Origin: Bacteroidales bacterium
Lineage (GTDB): Bacteria; Bacteroidota; Bacteroidia; Bacteroidales; UBA3824
Assembly: GCA_017417315.1 (NCBI GenBank)
Contig: JAFPZK010000045.1
Span: 20,757 to 84,756, forward strand
Direction of reading: 5' to 3'
Length of the DNA stretch: 64,000 nt
Below the pieces are notes generated by a model that worked only from the letters and a program-made list of their open reading frames with translations, searched no databases and had not been told where the DNA came from. The position numbers and the translations under genes were made by a program. Positions 20,327 through 28,317 of the stretch are shown in pieces; position 1 is the stretch's first letter, and each line of letters begins with the position of its first letter.

Positions 20327-20411
20327 CTTTATTTGATATGTTTTTTTCAATGTTAAGTTTTTGGTTGAAGCGTAAAAAAAACGGATTTTGAACGTCAAAA
20401 AACTAAAAAAA

Positions 20412-21026
20412 TCAAATAAGAAAGGACATTATATCTTCTGTATTTTCCGCCACATTTCCCGGATTAGCCTCTTGAAGAATTTCTTTTGAATTAAACCCCC
20501 AAACCACAGAAATTATTTTTACACCCGCTGACTTTGCGGCTTCAATGTCGCGGTATTCGTCGCCGATATAAACAAAATCCGACTTTAAAGCACGCTTTGC
20601 ACGCTTTAAAGCACGTTTTTTCCCGAAAAGCGGAACTCCCGTTTTTATAAAAGAAAAGTATTTTTCTATGTCGTATTTTTTTAAGACGATGTTAACTGTT
20701 TCAGCAGAATTTGTGGTCAAAATCCCTAATTTATAACCCGAGACAAAAAGACGGTCTAAAAGAGCATGAATACCCTCAAAAACAGAAATTTCAGAAGCCG
20801 TTTCTGAGGATTTTTTTCTGAAAAAACGAATTAAATGCGGTATACGCCAAAACCTTACGCCCGAAAGTTTTATTAACTGTTTCGCCGTAAGGTTTCTTTT
20901 TTTTTCAAAATCTATTTTGTTGTAACCGAATTTTTCGGCATAAGAGTTCAAAAGTGCCGCACCTGAGGAAAAAGTATCCGCCAAAGTGCCGTCAAAATCA
21001 AAAATTACGTATTCGTGTTTCTGCAT
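20412..21026 (-). CDS. HAD-superfamily phosphatase (phosphoglycolate-phosphatase-like)
   Basis: Motif I FDFDGTLADT and motif IV-like YIGDEYRDIEAA. Start placed at the internal ATG, abutting the stop of the upstream gene. Confidence 0.8.
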   Translation of the reverse strand: MQKHEYVIFDFDGTLADTFSSGAALLNSYAEKFGYNKIDFEKKRNLTAKQLIKLSGVRFWRIPHLIRFFRKKSSETASEISVFEGIHALLDRLFVSGYKLGILTTNSAETVNIVLKKYDIEKYFSFIKTGVPLFGKKRALKRAKRALKSDFVYIGDEYRDIEAAKSAGVKIISVVWGFNSKEILQEANPGNVAENTEDIMSFLI

Positions 21027-21027
21027 T

Positions 21028-23877
21028 TTATTCCGCCGTTTCCAAAGAAACAATCCTCAGACTGCCGTCAAAACCGCATAACGCCATCTTTTTGCCGAAT
21101 CTGCTGATTTTCATCAATTTAGGCATATCATGCAACTGATATTCACGCTTTAATTCAAAATCCGTCGTATCAAAAAGCCGCAACTTTCTGTCCGAGGTCA
21201 AAACCGCACAAAAACCGCCCGACGAAATTTCAACTTGTATGATTTCGCTTTTTAAGTCAATAACGTTAACACATTCTTGGTTTTCAAGCCCGAAAACCGA
21301 AATTTTACCGTTTTTTTCACACAAAATCACCGAAGAAGAATCTCCGTTCAAAACGGCTGTTTTCAATTGTACGGACGGAGACAATTTCATAGAATAAACT
21401 TCTTTGAAATCAGCAACCGTATAAATTTTTATCGTGTTCAAATAATCTTTACCGATAATGTAATCGCCGAAAACTGAGAGCGATAACATTTTGAAATCAT
21501 TGATGACTTTTTTCGTATCAGAGGTTAAAACGTCAACCCTCCAAACGGTATAATTATCCGACATAAATAGGGTTTCGTCTTCTTGCGGGTGGAAAAACAA
21601 TTTTTTGACCACACTCTGCGAAACCGAAAAACCGGCTTTCTCTTTAAACTGATTGTTAATATCCAAAATTTTTAAAACTCCGTGTCCGCCTAAGGCAAGA
21701 TACTTGTTGCCGAAAGACATCGCAAAAGCAGGATACTCACCTTCTAATACAAGAGTAGAGTCCGTTGAATAAACTTTCAATCGTCTGTCAGAAGTCGACA
21801 CTGCGATATAAACATCGTTAACGGCAAACGCCGCCTCCGAAATCGCCGACCGAAAAACATTGATATTATTAACTACACTTTTCTCAATATCAAATACTTC
21901 AAGACTTTCAACAACTTTTGCCGACATCTCGTCAACAGAAATATCTTTTAAGTCAGAATTTTTTTTTTCGGTTTCATTTTCTCCGTTTTCCGCCTTCCGC
22001 ATATACTCGGAATAATTCTGCATATCAGACAAATAATCCTTATAAATGCCGGCAATCATAGAATAAACTTTTGGTTTATCTTCAACACCGTTTTCAACAG
22101 CCGACTTCAAATGACCTATTGCTGCTTCAAAATTCCGCTGCATACAATCCGCAATTCCTAAATTGTAATAAGCATCGGGATTTTTCGGATTTATGGCAAC
22201 GGCACTCTGAAAATCAGAAACCGCCTCTTGAAAATTGCCGAGATTGCCGAATGCAGACCCGCGACGCAAAAATGCAACATCAGACTCCGGTTTTAATTCC
22301 AAAAGTCTGTTGCAGGCATCAATCAGACCGTTCCAATTTTCAGCAGCATAATATGCTGAAATTTCGGTATTTAAAGCAGTTATATTTTCATCTTCCTGAT
22401 TTTCGTCAGGGACATTTGCTGTATCCCCTACCTCAGATGTCTCAACAATTTCTTCTTCTACTACTTCTTCTTCCTTTTCTTCAACTTTTTCTCTCGTTTC
22501 TTCTAATTTGGCGTAAAACTCTTCCCTTTCGTTTTCAAACTGTTGTTTTACCTCATCAAATTGCTGTTTTATCTCCTCAAATTGCTGTCTGTCAGACCTT
22601 AATTGCCGTTTTTTGATTTCATATTGCTGGATCTCAGCATCAAGTTGCAGACTATCTTCTTGAAGTTTATTTTTTTCTTCTTCAACTTTATTTTTTTCTT
22701 CTTGAAGTTGCTTTCTATCCTCTTCAATTTGTTTTTTATCCGAGCCGATTTGCCTTAAAACCTCGTCAAACTGCGCTTTTTGGTCTGCAAACTGTTGTTG
22801 CTGAGTCAAAAACAAGTTTTTACTTTCTTTAAGTTTCGATTTTTCTTGTTCGATGCCTTGCAGCATATCAGAAACATATTTAGGTGTCGGCAAATTAAAA
22901 TTAATATCCAAATATGATTCTCTGAAACCATGCTCCGCATAAAATTGGCATTGCTCAAAAGACCAAAAATTATGTCTTTCAACACGGCTGACTATATCAT
23001 AATCCACAACGCAATCTCTCTCGCTCGTAAATATACGCGCAACCTGCGTAACTAAATTACAACATTCCTGTGGCTGATTGATAACCTGATATTCAGAAAA
23101 ACGAATCACAATCCAACCTTTATTCAAAAAAACGTTATTAATATTTTCAAAGGAATATACAATGCCGTTGTCTACAATATAAAAATAATTTTCAGGTTGA
23201 CGAGTCTCTAACGAATACGGCACGTCAACAACTACCGCCACACAACAATTTTCGTCTCCAAAATTAAGAATATAATCTGCCGTAATCATTTCTCCTGAGG
23301 CAGGGTCTTTTACGCAACGATTAAAAAACAGATTATTCCCGAAACTTTCTGACAATTTGTCATAAAACTCCGTATATAAAACCTCTTTTTTAGATTCACA
23401 AGGAAAGGTTTCTGTATCAACAGACTTCAAAAAATCCGCAACTTTACTCCTACGGAAATTAACCATATAATTCCAATCCGAAACTTTTTTATTATATTCG
23501 TCCCGTTTTTTTTTCAAAGCAATACCTCGGCGAAATACTTGATCGGATAATATACCGTTAACAAGTTTAAGATGCGCTTTTATCTTATTATCTTCCACTT
23601 CGCTTACCATCCAAATCACACTGATAGCAATCATCATCAGGTAAAAGCAATAAAAGATTTTCGGCAAACCGTCGCAAAGTATCCAAACGAATAAAAACAG
23701 TATCAACACAATGGCAACAACCATGCCTACATGGCGCGGCTTATAATCACTTTCAGTTGCATTATTCTCACCCGATACGTCTTGAACATCTTCCTCACAA
23801 AACTGTATCGTACTCTGACGTGCAGTAGAAAGCCTTTCCGGCACTAATACGCACGGGTATTTATATGTATTTACCAT
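21028..23877 (-). CDS. multidomain membrane protein: 2 TM + REase-like (DUF559/DUF2726-like) + coiled coil + TPR + 7-blade WD40-like propeller
   Basis: Two hydrophobic helices (about residues 51-95). ADYILNF..CVAVVVDVPY...GWIVIRFSEYQV. Long KQ/E-rich heptads. TPR units (AFLRRGSAFGNLGNFQEAVSDFQSAVAINPKNPDAYYNLG). Seven repeats of the type RKLRLFDT/GSLRIVSL. Confidence 0.6.
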   Translation of the reverse strand: MVNTYKYPCVLVPERLSTARQSTIQFCEEDVQDVSGENNATESDYKPRHVGMVVAIVLILFLFVWILCDGLPKIFYCFYLMMIAISVIWMVSEVEDNKIKAHLKLVNGILSDQVFRRGIALKKKRDEYNKKVSDWNYMVNFRRSKVADFLKSVDTETFPCESKKEVLYTEFYDKLSESFGNNLFFNRCVKDPASGEMITADYILNFGDENCCVAVVVDVPYSLETRQPENYFYIVDNGIVYSFENINNVFLNKGWIVIRFSEYQVINQPQECCNLVTQVARIFTSERDCVVDYDIVSRVERHNFWSFEQCQFYAEHGFRESYLDINFNLPTPKYVSDMLQGIEQEKSKLKESKNLFLTQQQQFADQKAQFDEVLRQIGSDKKQIEEDRKQLQEEKNKVEEEKNKLQEDSLQLDAEIQQYEIKKRQLRSDRQQFEEIKQQFDEVKQQFENEREEFYAKLEETREKVEEKEEEVVEEEIVETSEVGDTANVPDENQEDENITALNTEISAYYAAENWNGLIDACNRLLELKPESDVAFLRRGSAFGNLGNFQEAVSDFQSAVAINPKNPDAYYNLGIADCMQRNFEAAIGHLKSAVENGVEDKPKVYSMIAGIYKDYLSDMQNYSEYMRKAENGENETEKKNSDLKDISVDEMSAKVVESLEVFDIEKSVVNNINVFRSAISEAAFAVNDVYIAVSTSDRRLKVYSTDSTLVLEGEYPAFAMSFGNKYLALGGHGVLKILDINNQFKEKAGFSVSQSVVKKLFFHPQEDETLFMSDNYTVWRVDVLTSDTKKVINDFKMLSLSVFGDYIIGKDYLNTIKIYTVADFKEVYSMKLSPSVQLKTAVLNGDSSSVILCEKNGKISVFGLENQECVNVIDLKSEIIQVEISSGGFCAVLTSDRKLRLFDTTDFELKREYQLHDMPKLMKISRFGKKMALCGFDGSLRIVSLETAE

Positions 23878-23906
23878 ATCAACAAAAAAGATATTAAATC
23901 ACGAGA

Positions 23907-23914
23907 CAAAGATA
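23907..23914 (-). promoter_or_regulatory. -7 box TATCTTTG for the 949-aa gene
   Basis: Matches TAnnTTTG on the minus strand, about 30 nt upstream of ATG 23877. Confidence 0.45.
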
Positions 23915-23949
23915 TAAAAAATTATCTTATATATTTAACTATTTTTGTC

Positions 23950-23970
23950 AAAAAAAAAAAAAAAAAAAAA
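23950..23970. repeat. homopolymeric A/T tract, 21 nt
   Basis: Uninterrupted run of 21 A in the divergent intergenic region. Confidence 0.95.
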
Positions 23971-24016
23971 CGGTTTTGGCATATTTTTTGCTAAAAATAT
24001 CAAAAAAGTAGACAAA

Positions 24017-24865
24017 ATGCCGAATTTTATAGAAAAATTTCTAAATATATTTGTCAAAAAAGAGACTTCAAGCACGGTTACGATTTCAAACATAAAAGGT
24101 GCTTTTATAGGTTCAGGTATCGGAGAAAGTTTGGGTTTGCCCGTAAAAAACAAAACAGAAGAGGAACTTTCGGCTAATCCGGTCTCTGATTTTCTCGGTT
24201 ACGGCGATATTTCGGAGCCGGGCGGTGTCAATGCCTTGTGCTATGAATCCTTGTCAAAATACATAAACTTTTTGTCTGACAACAACGGCATTAAACAAGG
24301 TGTAAAGCATTTTTTCGGTCTTTGCAATATTTGGTATAATATAAAGGTGAAAGACGAAGACCAAAGATTAAGAATTATAATTCCGTGTGCTTGTATTGCC
24401 GGCGTACTTTATTCTTTCTGCAAAAGAGATCAACAAACGGCATTAAATGCAATTCCTGATATTCTTTGCGACGAGGTAATCGCACCTGCGGCATTTATTT
24501 TTTATGTTTCATATTTTATTTCGTTAGGCAGCAATCCTAAAACGGCTGTTAAGCAGTCATGGAATAAAACTAAAAAAATGTTAAAAAAAATCGGGTTAAA
24601 AATTAATCACGATAGTTTTACCGCTACATTACACAAAATACTAACAGACTGTTTTTCAAAGAGTTTTGATTTTAAGACAAATGTACTTTTTTGTGTCAAC
24701 AAAGGCTTTTATCCTGATTTAACGGGGAATATTGCCGGATTTTTTTCAGGATTATTTTGCGGTTTGGAAAATATTCCTTACATTTGGAGCGGTTTTTTGC
24801 AAAAAAAAGACGCAATAGAAACCTCAGCCGTCAAAGCGGTTGAATTAAGCGGTGTTTTGGCATAA
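24017..24865 (+). CDS. ADP-ribosylglycohydrolase-like protein with degenerate metal-binding motifs
   Basis: N-terminal GAFIGSGIGESLGLPV compares with the family motif G..GDALG.P.E. C-terminal PDLTGNIAGFFSGLFCGLENIPYIW compares with DTDT..AI.G.L.G....IP..W. Start taken at ATG 24017, not the TTG at 23945. Confidence 0.5.
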   Translation: MPNFIEKFLNIFVKKETSSTVTISNIKGAFIGSGIGESLGLPVKNKTEEELSANPVSDFLGYGDISEPGGVNALCYESLSKYINFLSDNNGIKQGVKHFFGLCNIWYNIKVKDEDQRLRIIIPCACIAGVLYSFCKRDQQTALNAIPDILCDEVIAPAAFIFYVSYFISLGSNPKTAVKQSWNKTKKMLKKIGLKINHDSFTATLHKILTDCFSKSFDFKTNVLFCVNKGFYPDLTGNIAGFFSGLFCGLENIPYIWSGFLQKKDAIETSAVKAVELSGVLA

Positions 24866-24934
24866 TATTTGGGCAGAGTTTTTTAACAGAAAAACCCTTG
24901 TAATACAATATAAAAAAGTAAATTATAATACACT

Positions 24935-25981
24935 ATGAGAAGCAGTATAAGCATACCGAGCGTGTTTGAGCATAACAACTCGAACCTTTCTATGGTATCA
25001 CAAGACTTAATTAACGGTTTGCGGCTCTACATTGACGATGTACCATACGTAGTGGGCAATTTAGCCCTTTCGGAAGGTCTTTCACCGCACCGTACCGTAA
25101 ACGCCGCACCGACGGAGATAGATTATCAGATTTTGTTTCAAGCAGGCTTATTGGCAGCCTCTTACAAAAACAACCGGCCGTTGACAGTAACGACAGGTTT
25201 CCCTTTCAGCACATATCAGGTTAACAAATCCGTTACGCTTGACCTCTTGCAGAAAACTCACAAAATAGATTTTGACATGTCGCCGTTTTCGTCAAAAGGA
25301 CGTACGGAGATGAAAGTAGAAGTATGCAACGTGGAGATTTTACCGGAAATGTTAGGCAATATCATTGCTCTGAGAAAAGGTGAAAAGAAAGCCACTGGCA
25401 ACTTTTTTGTGATAAGTCTCGGTTACGGTACATGTGAGGCAGCCCTGAGTACAGAAAACGGTATCGTACAACGTACCGCAGTAAGTATCAACGGTTTGCA
25501 ATATGCAGTAGATTTGTTTATCAAAGAACTCAGCCGTCAATACAGCCTCGGTCTGAAAAACGAAAAACAGATGGAACAGGCTTTTATGAACAATTTCATA
25601 GTTCTGAACCGTCAGAAAATAGACATTCTTGATATTCGCAGAAACGTCCTTAATATGTATTACAAAGACGTTATTTCTCCGAATCTCCGTCGTATCTTCA
25701 CAGACGCTGACTTTGCAAAAGCAGACAGAATGTTCATCACCGGCGGCGGTGCATTGTATATGGAATTAATAGAAAACTTCTTCAAAGAGTTTGAGGACAT
25801 TCTTCACGTAGAAGTAGTTGACAATCCGCTGATTCTTACCTCGGTAGGCTATTGCTTACATTCGGCACAAATCAACGGCGGCGACATAAGTTCGGCAGTC
25901 GGCATTGACATAGGCAATTCAAGCACCGTAATCACACAATACGAAGATGACAATCAGACCCCGAATCTGAAATTCAAATAA
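24935..25981 (+). CDS. ParM/StbA-like actin-fold (ASKHA) protein, apparently circularly permuted
   Basis: Blocks are colinear with ParM: VTTGFPFSTY, VEILPEMLG, FVISLGYGTCEA (phosphate-2 position), FITGGGALYM (adenosine motif). The phosphate-1-type motif GIDIGNSSTV is at the extreme C-terminus and is absent from the N-terminus. Confidence 0.55.
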   Translation: MRSSISIPSVFEHNNSNLSMVSQDLINGLRLYIDDVPYVVGNLALSEGLSPHRTVNAAPTEIDYQILFQAGLLAASYKNNRPLTVTTGFPFSTYQVNKSVTLDLLQKTHKIDFDMSPFSSKGRTEMKVEVCNVEILPEMLGNIIALRKGEKKATGNFFVISLGYGTCEAALSTENGIVQRTAVSINGLQYAVDLFIKELSRQYSLGLKNEKQMEQAFMNNFIVLNRQKIDILDIRRNVLNMYYKDVISPNLRRIFTDADFAKADRMFITGGGALYMELIENFFKEFEDILHVEVVDNPLILTSVGYCLHSAQINGGDISSAVGIDIGNSSTVITQYEDDNQTPNLKFK

Positions 25982-25990
25982 TTAAAAAAA

Positions 25991-26019
25991 ATGCCGCAAA
26001 AAAAATGCGGCATTTTTTT
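25991..26019. terminator. bidirectional rho-independent terminator
   Basis: ATGCCGCA-aaaaaaa-TGCGGCAT hairpin, flanked by an A-run before and a T-run after. Confidence 0.8.
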
Positions 26020-26792
26020 ATTTACATAAATCCTCTGCTGTTACCTCGCTGTGAACAATGCCGGAATGAATATTCGGGACAACGCCGAAAACCGTTACAA
26101 AAGTAACTGCCAAGGCTTTGGTGGTTTTGGTTTCAGCCCTGAAAATTGCGTTGCGCATACGGAGTTTGTTTTCGTAATCCTTTGAAATCGTGTACGGTTC
26201 AGATGAAAATTTTATCTCACAAACATTGATTGTGCGGTCGCTGCGGTCAATTAGCAAATCTATTTGCGTATTTTCTGCCGCATTGTTGCTGCGCCAAGTG
26301 CTGACAGAGGTCGCCATGCCCGAAATGCCGAGTTTCTGTTTTATCTGCCCAATGTGCATCATACAGACAAGTTCAAAAGTATAACCTTGCCAAGAATAAA
26401 TTTTCGGCGAATTAAAATTATGCGCCCAAAATTCATCATCGCCGGTTTTGACGTTTTCAATAAAACGGAAATAAAAAAGCGTGTAAAAATCCGTTAGTTT
26501 GTAAATTGTGTTTTAAAGCCTCGTACCAATCTTTTGGCACAACCGGAAATTGTGATTTGGAATATTTTTGAAGCGATACCGCAAAATTTTCCAACTGCTG
26601 TTTCGGCGGCATATTCCGTGCGCCGGTATATTGAAAATCGAATTTGTCATTGAAAAAACTGCGCACTAAAAAAGTTTTCCCGATTCGTCTACGTCCGAAA
26701 ATGATTACAAATTCTGACCGAGAGGATTTGCAACAAGATGTAAGTTGCTGATATTCAAAGTTTCTGCCGATAATTTTTTCCATAATCACCAA
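26018..26792 (-). pseudogene. ATPase (Arch_ATPase/DUF234-type) copy A with a 656-bp internal deletion and frameshift
   Basis: The first roughly 90 codons and the last roughly 150 codons are near-identical to the intact copy at 28318-29748. The two parts are joined out of frame at about 26514. Confidence 0.85.
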
Positions 26793-26806
26793 TGTTTTTA
26801 CGTTGG

Positions 26807-26814
26807 CAAATATA
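26807..26814 (-). promoter_or_regulatory. -7 box TATATTTG of ATPase copy A
   Basis: Matches TAnnTTTG on the minus strand. The identical box is at 29763-29770 for copy B. Confidence 0.5.
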
Positions 26815-26817
26815 AGA

Positions 26818-26913
26818 ATAACCGTCCAAATCTCAAAATTTTTTTCAGATTTGGACGGTTATCATTTTTTTCAACCGTCCAAATCTCGATTTTTTTTGCA
26901 GATTTGGACGGTT
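26818..26913. repeat. two tandem hairpins sharing the stem AACCGTCCAAATCT/AGATTTGGACGGTT
   Basis: Arms 26818-26833 / 26847-26862 and 26873-26886 / 26900-26913, each with a 13-nt T-rich loop. Located immediately upstream of the ATPase -7 box. Confidence 0.9.
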
Positions 26914-26986
26914 ATCAAAAAAATATCACTACCATTTTAGTGCCGATAATTATTTGAAAAAATTTTGTTTCTCAGGGAAAAAATTC

Positions 26987-26994
26987 TATTTTTG
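26987..26994 (+). promoter_or_regulatory. -7 box TATTTTTG for the Fic gene
   Basis: Matches TAnnTTTG, 20 nt before ATG 27014. Confidence 0.45.
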
Positions 26995-27013
26995 TAAAAA
27001 CATTTTTTAGAAA

Positions 27014-28000
27014 ATGAGTTACACTCCGCCTTATAAAATAACAGCAAATGCAGTGAATCTTATTGCTGAAATTTCGGAAAAAGTAGGTATGCTGACTGCG
27101 TTTTCCGAGAATCCGCTGCATATAGAATTGCGTAAAAAAAACCGCATAAAAACCATACATTCATCACTTGCAATCGAAAATAACTCACTGACTATCGACC
27201 AAATAACTGCAATTATCGAAGGCAAAAGAGTTTTGGGCTCTCCAAAAGAAATTCAAGAAGTAAAAAACGCCGTTCAAGCATACGATTTGCTTATGGAACT
27301 CAACCCTTACAAGGAAAAAGACCTTTTAAAAGCCCATAGTTTAATGATGACGGATTTAGTTTCTACGAGCGGAGTTTATAGGAAAACAGGCGTAGGAATT
27401 TTTAATGGTAAAGATGTTATACACGTTGCACCGCCTGCTCAAAGAGTGCCGCTTTTGATGTCGGAATTGTTTGAATGGTTGAAAAAAAGCAAAGAACACC
27501 CGTTAATCAAAAGTTGTGTTTTCCATTATGAATTTGAATATATCCACCCGTTTGAAGACGGTAACGGTCGCACGGGACGTTTGTGGCAAACCGTTATTCT
27601 GAAAAAATGGAAGCCGGTTTTTGCATGGTTACCTGTTGAAACATTGGTCAAAAAGAATCAGAAAGCATATTACAACGCTTTGAACGTAAGTGATGAAAAC
27701 GCTGATAGTACTGTTTTTATTGAGTTTATGTTGAATCTTATAAACGACACAATATCAGACATTTTAGAAAAACAAAGCGAAGAAAAGTTCAGTGTAAAGT
27801 TCAGTGTAAAGTTCAGTGTAAATCAGAAAAAAATTCTTTCGGCATTGAAAAACAACCCATATATAACCCAAACGGAACTATCAGAAATTATCGGCATTTC
27901 AGAAAAAAGCATCAATGCAAATATGAAAAAACTTCAAAAGTCCGACATAATCCGCCGTATAGGTGCTGACAAAAACGGTTATTGGGAAGTATTGTTTTGA
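27014..28000 (+). CDS. Fic-family protein with N-terminal inhibitory helix and C-terminal winged-HTH
   Basis: Catalytic motif HPFEDGNGRTGR. Inhibitory motif SLAIEN ([ST]xxxE[GN]). C-terminal ILSALKNNPYITQTELSEIIGISEKSINANMKKL. Confidence 0.9.
   Translation: MSYTPPYKITANAVNLIAEISEKVGMLTAFSENPLHIELRKKNRIKTIHSSLAIENNSLTIDQITAIIEGKRVLGSPKEIQEVKNAVQAYDLLMELNPYKEKDLLKAHSLMMTDLVSTSGVYRKTGVGIFNGKDVIHVAPPAQRVPLLMSELFEWLKKSKEHPLIKSCVFHYEFEYIHPFEDGNGRTGRLWQTVILKKWKPVFAWLPVETLVKKNQKAYYNALNVSDENADSTVFIEFMLNLINDTISDILEKQSEEKFSVKFSVKFSVNQKKILSALKNNPYITQTELSEIIGISEKSINANMKKLQKSDIIRRIGADKNGYWEVLF
27785..27820 (+). repeat. 3 x 12-nt perfect in-frame tandem repeat (AAGTTCAGTGTA, KFSV x3)
   Basis: Read directly from the sequence; lies in the linker between the Fic and wHTH domains. 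Confidence 0.95.
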
Positions 28001-28060
28001 TTATTCCGCCAATAAATCGCATTGCGCATACGGAGTTTGGTTTCGTAATTCTTATAAATC
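28001..28060 (-). pseudogene. third remnant of the ATPase gene 3' end
   Basis: 28001-28019 matches 28318-28336 and 28020-28060 matches about 28450-28491 of copy B. The intervening segment is deleted. The remnant abuts the Fic stop codon. Confidence 0.7.
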
Positions 28061-28317
28061 TACCATTCTACCTCTTTCAAAAAACTCTTCAACAAGAACG
28101 TACAAAAATACGGAGCGGCATTTTGTCTTCCTGAGACTTCCACTGATGTAAAAAAATATCTATTTTTCGCTTTAAATACATATTGCGCTGATTTTTAACT
28201 GTTTAACAAAAAAATGAGGATATTTTCGGCGTTTTGTCACATTTTATGAGCCTAAAATCACCGCAATATTACAAAAAAATGAGGATAACGGCAAAAAAAC
28301 CGCAAAAATTGTTTGGA

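Noticed and set aside
20156-20411. Possible chromosomal replication origin (AT-rich region with DnaA boxes).
   Set aside because: Only two boxes are present. There is no dnaA/dnaN neighbourhood and no clear DUE repeats. Promoter-level regulation of nrdDG is the more economical reading.
22071-22616. 181-aa plus-strand ORF (Q/L/P-rich) inside the 949-aa gene.
   Set aside because: It is antisense to the coiled-coil/acidic region of a much longer, motif-bearing ORF. The low-complexity translation is a mirror artefact.
23945-24016. TTG start giving an MSKKKKKKNG... N-terminus for the ARH-like gene.
   Set aside because: The poly-Lys stretch is simply the translated A21 tract. The ATG at 24017, with a -7-like box upstream, is a more credible start. 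The alternative is kept only as a phase-variation scenario.
28061-28317. Repeated AAAAAAATGAGGATA motif (two copies) between the Fic gene and ATPase copy B.
   Set aside because: There are only two short copies in AT-rich DNA, with no associated ORF or pairing. This is most likely chance or decayed sequence.
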